Assembly (NCBI RefSeq): GCF_964355755.1
Contig: NC_092676.1
Span: 2,423,788 to 2,487,787 of the forward strand
Origin: Antedon mediterranea
Taxonomy: Eukaryota; Animalia; Echinodermata
Direction of reading: 5' to 3'
Length of the DNA stretch: 64,000 bases
Position 1 is the first letter of the stretch; each line of letters begins with the position of its first letter. Shown one piece after another: positions 47,262 to 61,562 of the stretch. The notes under the pieces were generated by a model. It ran no database searches, was not told the origin of the DNA, and worked only from the letters and a program-made list of their open reading frames with translations. A program made the position numbers and the translations under genes.

Positions 47262-47330
47262 GGCCAAATACCTTCAATGAAAATGAAACACTTGCTAAGT
47301 ATGAAATAATGGATGGTGCCCCTGTTAGAG
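47262..47330 (+). CDS. VPS26: VPS26 exon: GPNTFNENETLAKYEIMDGAPVR
   Basis: ttcag| … |gtaagc, phase-compatible; conserved AKYEIMDGAP. Confidence 0.95.
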
Positions 47331-47462
47331 GTAAGCAAAAGAGTGCATACTTCACTCAAATTAAATGAAGTAAAGTCTAACTAAACACCAACACTTTTTG
47401 CTTGTATTCTCTATGCTTCCCTGATGAACAGTTTCTACATAAAATAAAATGATATTGTGTAA

Positions 47463-47639
47463 AGGGTCTGTCACCTGTTCCGGCACGGTTCCGGTCCGGC
47501 GAATCGAACATCAATGTTTTGTTTCACAGGGCTTCATGTGGCTATGCGCCAATCGATATGTGCGAAACGAAACATTGATGTTCAATTGGATTTTCCATCG
47601 CCGGACTGGAACCGTGCCGAAACAGGTGTGAAAGATCCT
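47463..47639. mobile_element. PIF/Harbinger-like MITE in a VPS26 intron
   Basis: Long imperfect TIR AGGGTCTGTCAC…CCGGCACGGTTCCGGTCCGGCGA / TCGCCGGACTGGAACCGTGCCG…GTGAAAGATCCT, with TAA on both sides. Confidence 0.85.
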
Positions 47640-47716
47640 TAAGGGAGAAACATGCAACCAAAATGGCTTCCAATGTTATTCTCATGAGATATTCAAATGT
47701 TTTTTTAATTTTCAAG

Positions 47717-47859
47717 GTGAGTCGATCCCAATAAGGCTGTTTCTTTCTGGTTACGAATTAACCCCAACAATGAGAGACATCAATAAAAAGTTCTCAGTAC
47801 GGTACTATCTCAACTTGGTTCTAGTTGATGAGGAAGAGAGGAGGTATTTCAAACAACAA
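47717..47859 (+). CDS. VPS26: VPS26 exon: GESIPIRLFLSGYELTPTMRDINKKFSVRYYLNLVLVDEEERRYFKQQ
   Basis: tcaag| … |gtaaga; highly conserved VPS26 C-terminal segment. Confidence 0.96.
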
Positions 47860-48140
47860 GTAAGATCTTACTTATGTCAGCTTTTTAAACCCAGACACCC
47901 TTAGATGCCCAAAAAAAGTATACATTTCTTGTAACTTAGGGAGTGAAGACCTTGAATTTACACTTGAATTGCTATGTCCTTATAACATTGTTGAACCATG
48001 ATAGTGATTGTGCCTGTCTTCCTACCTGGATTTTCTTATTATTACACGATCAAATCACAAGTTTTGTTCAAACCTGGGCTTCGTTAGATTATTTAAACAG
48101 AAACATAATTGATTGATAATACTTTATTTTAAATTTCCAG

Positions 48141-48230
48141 GAGATTGTACTTTGGCGGAAACCAGACAAAATAAAGAAACCAGTAAACTTGCAAAATGCG
48201 GTAAAGTCAGCAAGCACAAAAATGGAATGA
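48141..48230 (+). CDS. VPS26: VPS26 last coding exon: EIVLWRKPDKIKKPVNLQNAVKSASTKME*
   Basis: ttccag| acceptor in phase 0, EIxLWR motif, TGA at 48228-48230. Candidate AATAAA at 48594 and 48763. Confidence 0.93.
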   Translation, partial: EIVLWRKPDKIKKPVNLQNAVKSASTKME

Positions 48231-51200
48231 TGATGTACATACCTACGAACATTATAAATATTAAAAACAGCGTGCCAGCTGCATTGTTACAAACAATGTA
48301 CCCTTTAGGAAATTATTCTCAAGTCTATCCTTAGGTTGTAATTTTGTACCAGAACAAATTATAATAGAAAAGAATTTTGAAGAAATTCTTTACAAACAAA
48401 TTTTGAAAAAAATTCTTTCAAAAAAAGTTTTGATGAAATTCTTTCAAAACAAATTTTGAAGAAATTCTTTACAAATTAAATGCAAGACATTTGAGCAAAT
48501 ATTTTCTTTTCAATTTGAAGAATTAAATTGTTTGATTCTTAAAATTGACTTGTAATTATTGAAAAAAACGAACAGAAATATCGTTATTATTATAATAAAG
48601 TACCCTATTTGCACTTTTTGGGAAATATTTTGATCTGGAGTTCCTTCAAAGTGTAAATAGCAAGTAATTTGTTGGTTATTTAAAATAATCGCAGATTCAA
48701 ATCTATATCGTTATTAGAAAGATATGTAACAATTGTACTCTCCTGGTATTTTGAAATTAAATAATAAATAATAATTGCCTTGTTACAAAATGATTCTTTT
48801 ATTAGTTTATGTATAGATTACTACATTCCTGTCAAGGGTCAAGGGTCACATGTCCACATACATGATTCTAATTTTAAAGGCAATAAAAAAAAAGAGGAAA
48901 AAAGTTAGAATGCTGAAAAGTAAAAAAAAAATATATATATATGAATTTTATTTCAGTAATTAATGTGATAGTGTGTTAAATGTGATTTACTATCAAAGCA
49001 TAGAAAGGATTGACTAATTTTGTTTGCGTGAACTTTGACATTGGTTGGTCATAAATGTCATCAGTAGGACTGGCACGGTGAACAACATGGCCTGAGTAGC
49101 CTTGGTTAAACCAAAATTGGTGTTCAGAAATATTTTTAACCAGGCTCAGTGTGGCTTTTGTAAAATTCTTTCAGAGGAAAAGGTTTTCTTGTAGGGGACT
49201 GAAAATATTCTTAAGCAAGTATGCACAGACAATCATAATTTTCCTTTTACTTCATCTTCTTGGTGATGGTGCAACAAAACTTTTTGCACATTTCTATGAA
49301 ACGAAGAAAAAGATTTTATAGAAAAATCGCTTTTGTTCATTCACGCAACTATTTGCCAAACTCCTTTCTATGTTATTCTTTTATAAAATGATAGGAAACT
49401 AATAGAGGTGTCTAGGTTTTGTAAAACTGTTAATTAGTTTAATTAATTATGGTAATTTATGCAGATTTTATTCATATTAGATTACTGTATATCCCTGTTT
49501 ATGTAAATGATATGTAAATAACATTCCAAATGTAACTGATTTCTCCCACCATGTGAATAACACTACAGTACAATAAATTTACAATAGTTACAATATTATA
49601 ATAATTTGACCTTTTACAGGTCATGGATAGGACTCTAATTTTTTTTATTAAAAAAAAAAAAATTACTAATTATTGTTAACAAAAGGCTTTACTTAAAACA
49701 AAAACGATACTGGTGGTATTTCATTTTTTTTTTAGTCGTTTGGGGTACAGTATAACCTAATGCTATAAATGACCTGTTACACAATTTTGACCTATGACAC
49801 AATTTTGACCTATGACACAACTGTTTATGTTAATAGGCATATACCGACTAATATTACGGTGTATTAAGAAATGCCCAGTAGATGCCTTGTGGTGATCAAG
49901 TGAAAAATACTCCTCAAAAAGTTTGAGCCGAATTTGTAATCTGGTGAGGTGTGCACAACAATCGTGAGGTGTGCAAAATGTTATGGTGAGGTGTGCCCAA
50001 TAATGGTGAAGTGTGCAAAATAATTAGTTTTATTTTGAACAATCATTATTATGCAAAACTTATTCAAAATCATGTTATTTTCTATCTAAGCATGACATAC
50101 TGTATATACAACATGCAATAATATGTCAATATGTCAAGTATACATTAAACAAGAACTACTGAAAGACAATTATACTATGTGACATTAACGAACATGTCAA
50201 AGATGACAAGACATGTAATGCCACTTGGCTTGCCCCAGGGGAAACCATATTATGAGATTGGTTCCCCCCTCCCCCTTGGGCAATCTCTGGTAAAATGTGA
50301 ATATATAACAGCTATCATACTACTGTTCAACCTTCTTTGTAATGTGTTATATTTATCAATGATGTCCATTCTGTTGCATAGTTCAGTTGTACATAAATGC
50401 ATGGTTTATTAATATCAATATGACAGAACGACTTCTATTAAAGGTACACCTTCAGGACCCAACTAACTGTCCCCTTAATAGGAGTGTTCGCACTCATTAA
50501 GGGGTTGGTAAAAGATATAGTACCCATTGTTCATTTCACAAGAAAGTGTTTCCTAAAGGGTTCTATTTACATATTTATAAGCCCACCACCAAATTGTAAG
50601 TCAGGTGGGCTTGTAATTGAGTGACTAGTATGAGTTCGTGGGAAAATAATAATGAAATTCAACTACAAATGTACAATATTCTCAAACCATCCCTATGAAG
50701 AAATTCTTCTATCTTTAATCAATATCTGAAAACGTTTACCTTTTTAATGGTCGTAACTTTTCCTCTCGGTTACAATTCCTATTCTTTTCCTCTCAATGTA
50801 TTAATATTATTGGCTTAGAAATTAATTATATATAAACTTATGAATATATACTATCTTTTGTTATCGTTGTAGATGTAATGATTTTCAGTTTAAAAAAACA
50901 TTGTATGGTAAATATTCCTTATCAAAATATTTCAAATAAAATGCAATGTATTGAATGTAGTGCTTCATTTTGTTCTCTGTGAGAAAAAATACAATCTTAC
51001 AAATCTGCTTATGATTTTATTTCTTAATTGAAATTTATTAAACACTATTTTTATGCTAAATAAGAGATTCGCCACAAATGAATGAAACCTCAAAGAAATT
51101 TCCATACATTTATCTAAATGCATTTATGAAAAATGTGTTTATTTATTTATTCATAGGAATCACCTTTATATCGGTGGCAGTACACATTATCAGTTAATGG

Positions 51201-52169
51201 TGCATCCATTTTACAGACAAAATACAAATAACATAAGCTATAAAGTTCTAAATACTAACACATAACATCAAAACAAAATGTAAACTAATTAATTAATTAG
51301 ATCTGTATGAAAATACATAATGCGTAAACTGTATGTACAATATATATAACTTACAAAAATAAAAACAGAACAACAAAAATATATGATAATAAATAAATAA
51401 AAATAAATAAATAAAACTTACAGATACATCCTCATAGAGATATCTGTAGCTTGTTTACTATATTAATCAATTACTTGAGAGAGGCAATGTTGATAAAATT
51501 GTAGATCTAGTATCTCATGTGTTTAGCGCCCTCTATTTTAATAACAAATTTAAAACTTGGTTGATTCAAATTGTGACGCGGGAAAACCCAATTATTATAT
51601 ACCGCTGCTGTTCAAGGTTGATATTTCAGTGTTTTGAATTAGATTTAATCTTCAGTTTATACTGAGTAATTCCTAACAGAAAGTTGAAGAAAAAATAATG
51701 TTCTTTTTTTTCTTAAACCAAGGACTAAAGAATATTCTTACCTAGTCTATGCTCAAACCAAAAAGTTGTATTTATTTATGGACCTATCCTCAAAATAATT
51801 ATGTTATCGGGTATTATGCGGTGCTAATATTAATTAACTTGATTGATATACGTGACTCTTTGACCACAGGACGGGCGTGTGGTCTAATTTTTTTGTAACG
51901 ATTCTAGACAAACCACAGAATAAACCGGAATTATTGTCTTAAAAAAAGCAGGAATTTTTCAAAAAGGAAATATGGGTTTTCCAACGATATTATAGTATAT
52001 AGGCGATGATAATGAAAACAATTCATAGTTTGTTATGATGGAACCGTATTTGAAGGATATATGTATATTATGTTCCTTCAATATTTAATATAAAGTAGCG
52101 CTCCACTATCCATTGAAGAAGATGAGAGTACGTCCTCTTCTTGACAAAAAGTTTGGAAACAAAACTTGG

Positions 52170-52366
52170 TAGTATCACGTGACCACTTCACCGTGAAAAG
52201 ATTATTTTGAGAAGATGGCGACTTGCATGCTCGAGTGCGAGGTAGCGAGATAAACGATAGAAATTCTTGGCATTTTTGTGATTTTTACATTAGGAATAGA
52301 AAGGAATTAAACAAGATCGTTTTGATATTAACCGGGATAATTAACCAGTTGAAGAAAAAGGTAAGC
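52170..52366 (+). promoter_or_regulatory. Probable promoter and first (5'UTR) exon of a downstream plus-strand gene
   Basis: E-box TCACGTGA at 52175-52182, YY1-type AAGATGGCG at 52212-52220, local CpG enrichment, strong donor AAG|GTAAGC at 52360/52361. Confidence 0.6.
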
Positions 52367-53353
52367 TTTATTGTTTAACAGCTTGGTGTTTGTTAGGCTT
52401 GATGCCGCTGTTGTCGGTTTCATATGAACCGCCTTTTCCCGGCGGCTTACAGCAATCGTACGCTCGGTAGAGCCCGGTTGTGTTTTTTTTATTTATATGA
52501 GATGATATTGAGTGTAGATGTTGAGGTGATTGTTAAGTTATGGTCATTTGCATAATGTATTTCTTTCTTCTTTCTTATTGTTTTTTTTTGGGAACTGTCA
52601 GATTAAGAATGTAATTGTTGAGTTACTGACAATGATAACATTTCTTTTATTTTAGTAAGTCTATCCTATGGTACAAAATGCAATACAATTTTGTCTGACA
52701 TGATTACACCTACCGTAGGTACAAAAAAATACATGCTGAGTTGATTGGTATGATATGCTGAGAGACTGTTATGATGATGACGTTTGGAATCTCAGTGTCA
52801 AAATACAAATTACTCTACCTAAAAATGATTTGTCATCTCTGTAATTTGATTTAAAAACTTGTTAAAAATGGCTAAAATAACAAGGAAAACGTTGAAAAAG
52901 CAATTTTGTAATAAAAAATAATATGGAAGTTGAAAATAGTTGTTTTTTCTTATGAGGGTCGAGAGTTAAGTGAATGTTGTTAGTAGGAGGATGTCTTTCA
53001 TGTTTATTTTTTTTAAAGGTATTTCTCAAATTGGTGCCTATTTATTGTGTTGGTATAACTGTATAGTAATTAGTATAACCCTAAACAAGCCTCTAAATTA
53101 TTAAACCTCCCAGTCCACCATGCACTGTTGTTTCAGCACATATGTTAGGAGCAGTAATATAGTGGTGTACTGTTTAAATGATGTTTTACTATTTCTTATA
53201 CAAACTCCCAGAGCTGTTTAATCAATAAATAATTTATTTCATTCATTCAAAAGCGAATATTACTGGTACTTACAGGTTTAAATGTACAAATATCATATAT
53301 GAAAACATACAGGAAAAAAAATTACATAGCTAAACTATTATTACACTATTCGT

Positions 53354-53668
53354 GAGGGCGTGTGGCGCAAGGTGTTGGACGTTGGACTACTGATCGTGAG
53401 ACCGAGGTTCGAATCTAACTCTCACCGCATTGCTTGTTTCCTTAGGCAAGATACTTTACTTACGTTTGCCTCTCTCCACCCAGGTGTATAAATGGGTACC
53501 CGGTTAAATCAAGACACAACTTTGCGCTGATTACTAGCTGCATTATGGGAGTATGTTTCCATACTTGTTTGATCCAAAAAAATGACTGAGGTAATAATGT
53601 TCAGCGCTTAGAGAAGCTTGCTTGTAGAGTGCTACTGTATATAAGAATGAACTATTATTATTATTATT
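53354..53668 (+). mobile_element. tRNA-derived SINE with conserved central core and L2-like tail
   Basis: A box gtggcgcaagg, B box ggttcgaatc, core tccttaggcaagatacttta…ctctccacccaggtgtataaatgggtacc, tail agcgcttagag…(att)n. Confidence 0.85.
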
Positions 53669-53740
53669 CTTAATAAATATCATTCAAACGTAGGATTGCA
53701 TGGTGATTCAACAGAGGTGTTTGCTGCAAACCTCGCTTTA

Positions 53741-53870
53741 AGCTCTGTCCACACTATCAAACTAGTTTGACAAAAAAAGTGTGATGTGCCCATATAAGGT
53801 GGTGATATGGCCAAATATGGTAATGATATGACATCATCATGTCCATATTATGGGCATATCACATTTTGTT
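53741..53870. mobile_element. Harbinger-like MITE copy (AGCTCTGTC family); another partial copy at ~55014-55120
   Basis: tta-agctctgtccacactatcaaactagtttgacaaaaaaagtgtgatgtgccc…. Confidence 0.75.
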
Positions 53871-54320
53871 TTTATTGCCTGAACTTGAATGCATGTAGAA
53901 TTTTTTGAAATAGTTTAAAAAAAAAGACTTTTTTTACATTGAAAAAAAAATGTACATAAAGACAAAATGTTCTTTGTGATGTCAGTGTTTAGAAAAAAAA
54001 TGTTTAAAATCACCATGACAACAGTAATTTATTTTACTTTACTGTTTAATTCACTTGTTAATGTAAGTACTTTAAGTTAGTTATTCTAAAAGGTTACTTT
54101 GTTTTTTAATTATGAATAATTACTATGTGTTTAGTACAGTAGTTAAACTCATCAATCAAAAATGTGTGTGGGTGGTGTTTTTTGTTTAATTTTCAAGGTT
54201 TTATTATGATTTTAGGGATTTTCATATAAAATAAAGTGTTTTGAAAAAGTTTTTAAGTGAGAATATTTGATTGGAAGAAAGAGGACAGGTACAACACTCA
54301 AGACAAGATAGCAAACACTC

Positions 54321-54425
54321 ATTCTTGTTGAGTGTAGCCTAATTCTTGTTGAGTGTAGCCTAATTCTTGTTGAGTGTAGCCTAATTCTTGTTGAGTGTAA
54401 CCTAATTCTTATTGAGTGTAGCTCA
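54321..54425. repeat. 21-bp tandem repeat x5 (aattcttgttgagtgtagcct)
   Basis: Directly visible. Confidence 0.9.
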
Positions 54426-57400
54426 ATTCATTTACTTTTTTACCTTGATAAACTTTTCTACGGCAATACTAACATTATGAAAAGAAATAAATGTAATATG
54501 ATAGGATGTTCTATCTAGGGTGTGCAGTTTGTGGACTGTCCCATTTACAGGTAGGGGTGTTTTGACTGAAAATCCTTCTTTTTATATCATTCTCTGTTGA
54601 AGAGAAGTGCTAAATGTTGGTTTATCCAGGTAGCGGCACTCCTCACATTACTCATTTTAAGTTCAAATGTTAAAGATTTCATATCATGCTTTGTCAATGA
54701 GGAACAAATCACAGCTGTAACCTTTGACCCTAGATTGAGATGTACTAGGTAAATGACATTGAACAATGGCACTATTTAAAAGTATTTTGTTTTTAGTGCA
54801 ACGATAATCCTTTTAATTATACGATAGGCTTAATAAAAGCTTAAAACGATGCAGTTAGCAACTATTTTAGTCGCATAGATTTAGCACTCAGTATTCAGTC
54901 ATTTATGTTTGGAGACAAGACAAAGGAATTCTGAAACAATGTCGAGCATAGGGAGCATTCACCATCTGTACAGGTTTTTATTTACAAAAATAGATATTTG
55001 TTTTCCATATTTAAGCTCTGTCTACATATGAAACTTTATGTGACAAAAAAATGTAATGCCCATATATGGACATGATGATGATGACTACTGCTTTTGAATA
55101 CTAAATACTAGTTTGTTGTGCAATATCTCTATATTACAACTATGATTGACAACTTTCATGGTGTGCTGATTATGGAAGGCGCTGCACCCTGATTGTTGTG
55201 TGTCTGTAGAGGACCTTATCTTCATTTCTTACCTAAACCTAAAACTAAAGATTCATAGAATTTTAGGAAGTATTGTAAAGGCCAATTTGCACAGACGGGT
55301 GGTAACGGTAATAGAAATAAAGAATCTATGTTATTCCTTTACCATTACACACAACATGGAACGAACAGGCGGTTTCCACTCAGGATAGATACTGAATGGA
55401 AATGCGACAAGCTACAAGTATGTGATTTCCGCTTTACTATTATCACTCGTGTGTTTAAATTGGCCTTAATGCATTTTTTAAAAAAATCATAAATATGCAC
55501 ATTTTTCATATTCATTGACATATTTAGTAATTTCTATCTATTATATGATTAATAGCTGTAGTACTGTAGTGATTTGCTAAATTAATTGTCTGGGTTAACT
55601 ACTACTTATTAATTTAGTAGAGTGATAATTAAAGGTGAATTATTGTTTATTTATTCATGTGATCAGTGGATTGATCATTTGTAGGTTTACGGGATAATTA
55701 ACGCATAAATTGAAACGAAACACTAGCCAAACAAAGCTTCTTATAGCCGATGTATCAACGCTTTACCCAAAGGCTATATGAAATAGTTTATTATTTCTGT
55801 ATAATTGTCACTTCTGAGTGGTAAATCACCGTAGCATCTCTATTCAAGAGATTAGATTGTACCATCAATTAAACTAACAGGAGATTTTATTTCCCAAGAC
55901 GTACCAATTTGACATTTTGAATGTATTTTTAGAATATCATTTGCTTTAGTAATAGCTGAAGCGAGAGATGATTCTGTTATATTATATTGTACAGTATAGA
56001 TAACATGGCATTGACAGTCATATCAACATTACAATCTTCTTCTATTTGATATTTCAAATTTATACAAATTTTCCTAAACACAATTCGTTGAATGTGAGTG
56101 ATTATGATTACAGTAGGCCTACCTTAATATTTAAAAAAATTTGTAACAGCACACAATTTAACTAGCGCCAATAGTTTGGAACCAGCTTCCACTCCATATC
56201 CGTCAATGTCAATCTCTTAAGCCATTCAAGTTGCTTCTAAAATCTCACCTTTTTCAATAATTCTTGTTGGTCTTTTAGCGCTGTGAGACATCAGTAAATA
56301 GCGCTTTATAAAAGTTTATATTATTATCTGATTAGGCCCTGAAACGGACCAGTACACCTGGGTAACCGAATAATTCACTGTGTTCTTAAAAAATTTAAGT
56401 TCAAGTACTCTTAGGGTCTCCCGTTGTATGTACAGTATTTATCCAAGAACACCACCACTAAGAGGAGTGCCTTTAAACGGAGGCAATTTTATAGCTTTGG
56501 TTTGCGCGGCACCCCTGTCTAAACCACTTGGTCACTCAGCTCTTTGATCCGCCATGGAAAGTCACATTGCCCTAAAAAATAGAAACAATAGTGGTTTAAC
56601 TCTATACAAGTCTTCACTTAAAATTAATAAATTTTAATTAATATAAGTGAGTTATTTTCATGTTTAATTGAAATGTATCCTGTTATGTAAAGCAATGAAT
56701 AATTAAAGAAATGCAATTAAACAAACTAATTGTTATTACCACACCTCATAAAGTTGCTTAAGGCCAGGAAAAATTGATTAATAAACCACAGTTGAGCGTT
56801 TCGACTTTGTCCCGCAACTAATTAATTAAGCTTATTAAAATAAAGTGCAGTTGATTTGCTAATTTTAAGAAGATATTATTTGCTTGGATTCTCTCGATTA
56901 AAGATTGATTTAAATCTGTATTCATTGGAGAGTTCAACAAGATTTGATTGTTTCTGCTGCTTTTAATGTATGAATGGGTGTTAAACTAGTTCGAACCAAA
57001 AATTGGGTAGTTTTCTGAAAATCAAGGATATATCTTTATTTAGTTTTGGTAAGTTTGTGTGTTTTTTATATTTTTGAAATTAAACAAAGGTAACATTGTT
57101 TGCATGTTGCTATGAACTATGACAGTATTTTTTTCTTTGGGTTTTTTTGTCAAATATCTTTTAACAAAATAAAAAAAAACATCATTGTCAAAACTTCAAT
57201 TTCTTTGAGATGCATTAAAATGCTATGAATTATTTTCTATTTTCTACCGTATTAAACCAAAACAAGATATGTATAGCATAAAAATACTTTTCATTAATTT
57301 TACTACAGAAAAGTTGTACAAAATATGTTTTAGTCTGTCTTAATATTCAAAATCTGACAATAATAAAAATGTAAAAAGTCCCTAGGTGTTGCTTTTGACA

Positions 57401-57574
57401 TTTGATGTATTAACAATTTAAACTAGTCAAATCTAATATTGGATTTTCAAAGATAATTTAAATTTACAGTATCAAATATTAATATTAAATAATAATATTT
57501 TGAAACAGATTAAATTATGTTGCTTTTGAAAGAATAATATTATGAGATGAGAACAATTTATTCCTTCAATCATT

Positions 57575-57785
57575 CTTTGTTTTTCTTTTTCTCTTTTCCT
57601 ATCATTCTTACTTCATGTATTCTTTGCTCTTTCCTTTCTTCCTTTCTCACTTCTTTTCCCTTTCCTTTCTCCCCTTTTTCCTCCCTTTCTTTTTTTTCTT
57701 TTTCTCCCTTTTTTCTCCCTTCCTTTTTTTTCCTTTTCTCCTTTTTGCTGTCTTCAATTCTTTTGCCTTCTGATTCTTTTTCCTT
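57575..57785. repeat. CT-rich low-complexity tract
   Basis: Polypyrimidine run; explains the spurious F/S-rich and K/E-rich ORFs here. Confidence 0.8.
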
Positions 57786-60700
57786 AATTGCGTCTGTTAA
57801 TGATTTCTCTTGCATCATTGGTATGGATTTCTTGATTGTACAGTGTCTTCTATCACACAATTTTTTTGTCGTAGACAAAGACCCTTATGATTACCAAATT
57901 GACCGTTGCATAGCCATGAACGACAGTGATCATATATCACGCTTAATTACTTTACGATTGTGCAGCAATTATAAGCAAGTTCTATGAAGCTTGTCAGAGT
58001 TAAGAGATTGAGAAGCTAAACAAGTTACATATTTATTATGTTTAAAATACTGTTTCCCACTTGTGTTCTTGTGTTGTGTAGTAACATCTAGTTTGTTAAG
58101 AATTCTCACTACTACAAAGTTGAACCCATCTCCATAATCAATTATAAATTTTGTATTGTAAAATACTGTTTCAGCCTTCTAGCTATTTTGTGGCATTGTT
58201 CGTCTTTTTTGGAAAAAAAAAAAAAAGAAATACCTGAATGAATTATGAATTAAATAGATTATTTATGTAATAAATATATGAAAGAAAAATATTAAATTTT
58301 GTTTTAAATTTGTTTTTTAATGTTTTTTTTTCCAATAATTTTCTTAAACTTATGGTGTTTTAAATTTTGAACATTGTTTGTCTAGATATTTTTCTATTCA
58401 ATGTCGTTGGTAATATGCTAACATTTGTCATCCCTTTGTTTCCAGATAGTTGGTTCATTTTGAGTTCATGAAGGATTATTTTTAAGTATCTTCAAGCATT
58501 TCTGTCAAGTGTGACATAAGTTAAAATATTAAATCATATCGTGGTATGGTTAGCATAATAGAAGAGTTATTATTATCATTATCATAGTTGTGGTAATTAT
58601 CAACAATTAATCTCTATTTCTACAACCAAAAGCTTTATACAATGAATTTATTTATTTACACTTGTGTTGCTTTTGAATACTGTAGTGTTGGTTTAAAGTC
58701 CCTGTAGTGTTGGTTTTGAATATAGTGTTGGTTTTGATGGCATTTACTTTCGGATAGTAAAGGAAAACTTATTATCACATCCGTCTTAAACTTGTCATTC
58801 CGTACGGAAAAGGATGGCAAAAACATGATCTGAAGTACTGCTACTTTATCTCTATCCGCATATCCAGTTGATAATTTCACTAGTCATAATGTTAAATTAG
58901 TATTATTAATAGTTAATATTATACTCTAATGATCTTTTTGAGAAATTTAATGCTCAATTTGATTTACAAACTTGTGGTAGAAATAAACCACAGTAATAAC
59001 ATTAATGTTACTAATTTAAGTATTATTATTTTAAAGAATAGGTAGAAAAATGTATTTTTTTTTTTTTTACAGCTTTTACGCATTGATTGATGTTGTGTAT
59101 TGTGATTTACAAACTTGTGGTAGAAAAAACAACAGTATGATTGATGATGATATAATGAATACTACCTGTAATTTTTTATTATATTTTTATGCTTGTGAAA
59201 TATAAACAAATATTAAGTTGTGAACGATAAAATTGCTGATGACTTTTCTGTGAAACATTTTCTGTAGGTAAAAATCCGGGAAATCCCCTTAGAAGGGAAA
59301 TCCCCCAAATGTAATAAAATTGTGAAATAATTTGAAGAATATTTAATTAAATCTTTATATGATCTCCTTTATGTTCTTGGACATGTAAAGTTCCATCTTA
59401 ATAAAAAATATTACAGTATATTCATCAAATTGTAGTTTCTAAAATAGAATTGATCTGATCTCCCATGATTTGTTTACTGTACTATCAAGACCATCTACAG
59501 TATGGTCTAGTGGTTTTAAGTCACTCTCCCTTTAAAAGTAAAAGGTGTTTAGGTTCTAATCGAATGCAAATCAAAATGGAATTATATCAATGTTTATAAT
59601 TTGTATTAATGCTTTGATAGTAATAATTCATTCATTCAATCTTTTATTTTCGGAATCTGTGGTCCATAGAAAGTAAAACAACATGAATTAAGAATAAACA
59701 AGACTATTACTATAAATAAATAATAATTTAAACACTATAATGTAAACATCCTATAAAATTATTTTCTGTTTCATAATAATATCTAAACTGACCTGATAAT
59801 TGATAAACCTTTTGTCAATACGCTGTAATTTTAAATATTTTATAAAAGATTTATATTATGAATAAATTTGCATAATATTGTTGAGCATTAATGTTTTTTG
59901 ATTATTTTAACTAATAACCACTTTGCACTGACCTACAGTAGATTGTTCAAATCTGATCAATATCAGATTTTCAAACTCATCGTAATTACATGTTACAGTG
60001 GACCAGCCTGATAGCTACTGCGGTTAATGTATCTCATAGGAGATGTATTAATTGAATCATTGTAATAACATGTTGTATTCTGGTACAGTACATTATAATA
60101 ACAGTCAACGAAACCAGTATGTATTACCTATTTTTCCCCCGAGGGAATAATACGGTGGATTGATACCTGTCGTAAATGGACTAATTACTCAGCACAAAGA
60201 CCAAAATCATTGATGAGTAGGGACTATCTAGTCTAGCCATTGGCTGTGAGATTGCAAGTCAGACGCAAGGTGTTTGAAGCGCTGATGTGATGCCGATACC
60301 TTTGTCGTCGATCAGCATCTTGCCGTATGTGATACATCATAACTAAATGGCCATTTGCCGTGGCTAAGTGTTTTGTTTTGCTAAGAGTGATTGATAGATC
60401 ATTGGTAACGTAATCAATTATGAAATTATGAAACACACGCATCTAAATTGAGCCCCTTCGTCACCGGTGGCTGCGGGATTTCATTGATTGTTGAGTGACT
60501 CTCGTAGGTCAATCTCTACTTGTGAGATCAAAGGTAGGAAGTTAATGCTTCATTGTTGTATTACTGCTGGCAATTATTCTTTGTTTTTTATTTTACTTTT
60601 GTAATATTAATATTTAAAACTGATTTTCAAATTATTATTCACATAATGTGTGATTGTATAGCTGTACACCATGGTGCATACTACAGTGCATCCAAGAGAT

Positions 60701-61180
60701 TTGTTTGTGCTTGATAAGGGCACTTTTTGCATATTATCAGCATTTTATACCTCACCTACCTGTAAAAGCTATATTCGGACCATCAAGTAGTAGATAGGAG
60801 CATGCACACATAGAATTTTAAAACTTATCAACCTAACCCCTGAATAAATCGAACCTAACCCTCTAAACAGGGACAAATAGGTTGATAAAGTTGTTAATAT
60901 TCCATGAGCTCCTGTCTTCATTTTGATGGTGCAAAGTCTGTGTGTAGTACACTACACGATTCAATAACTTTTACGTTGGTTTGATGGGGTTTGCTGTGTA
61001 TTTTGCGGGTATTGCAGGGTTTAGCAATACACCACAGCACTTTAGGTCAATGTTTACGACAAGTTTACAGGTAAAACTGCTATCAGTATTTGTTCAAAAT
61101 ATCAACAAACAAGGTTATTTGAAATTAGTAAATTATAGGAATCAGTAGAGAAGAAGTGGAGACAGGTGATTGTCAGTGTG

Positions 61181-61562
61181 AGAAATGACAGATAAGGGGA
61201 CAAGTGACAGTTAAAGGGACATGTTAGGTGACAAATACAAAGACACCATTTGCAAAAAGTGACTGTTATCATACTGATATTGAATTGAGGTACTAACTAA
61301 ACTCTGTATCTTTCTGTATTCAAATTATCATTGTTTATTAATAGCAGGGATTGTATTTAACAAAATTACAAGAAGTGACAGATAAGGGGGACAAGTGACA
61401 GTTAAAGGGACATGTTAAGTGACAAATACAAAGACACCATTTGCAAAAAATAAATATATAAATAATATTATCATACTGATATTGATTTGAAGAAGTACTA
61501 ACTGTGTCTTTCTATATTTAAATTATCATAGGTTATTAATAGCAGGGTTTGTATTTAAAAAA
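61181..61562. repeat. ~190-bp tandem duplication
   Basis: tgacagataagggg.acaagtgacagttaaagggacatgtta…ttattaatagcaggg.ttgtatttaa occurs twice. Confidence 0.88.

Noticed and set aside
47449-47631. 60-aa ORF inside VPS26
   Set aside because: Lies within an intronic MITE.
48113-48334. 73-aa ORF from the ORF track
   Set aside because: Wrong-frame overlap of the VPS26 last exon and 3' UTR.
53354-53430. tRNA gene
   Set aside because: A and B boxes are present but the cloverleaf is degenerate and it continues into a SINE core and tail.
57547-57987. F/S-rich and K/E-rich ORFs
   Set aside because: Arise from a CT-rich low-complexity tract.
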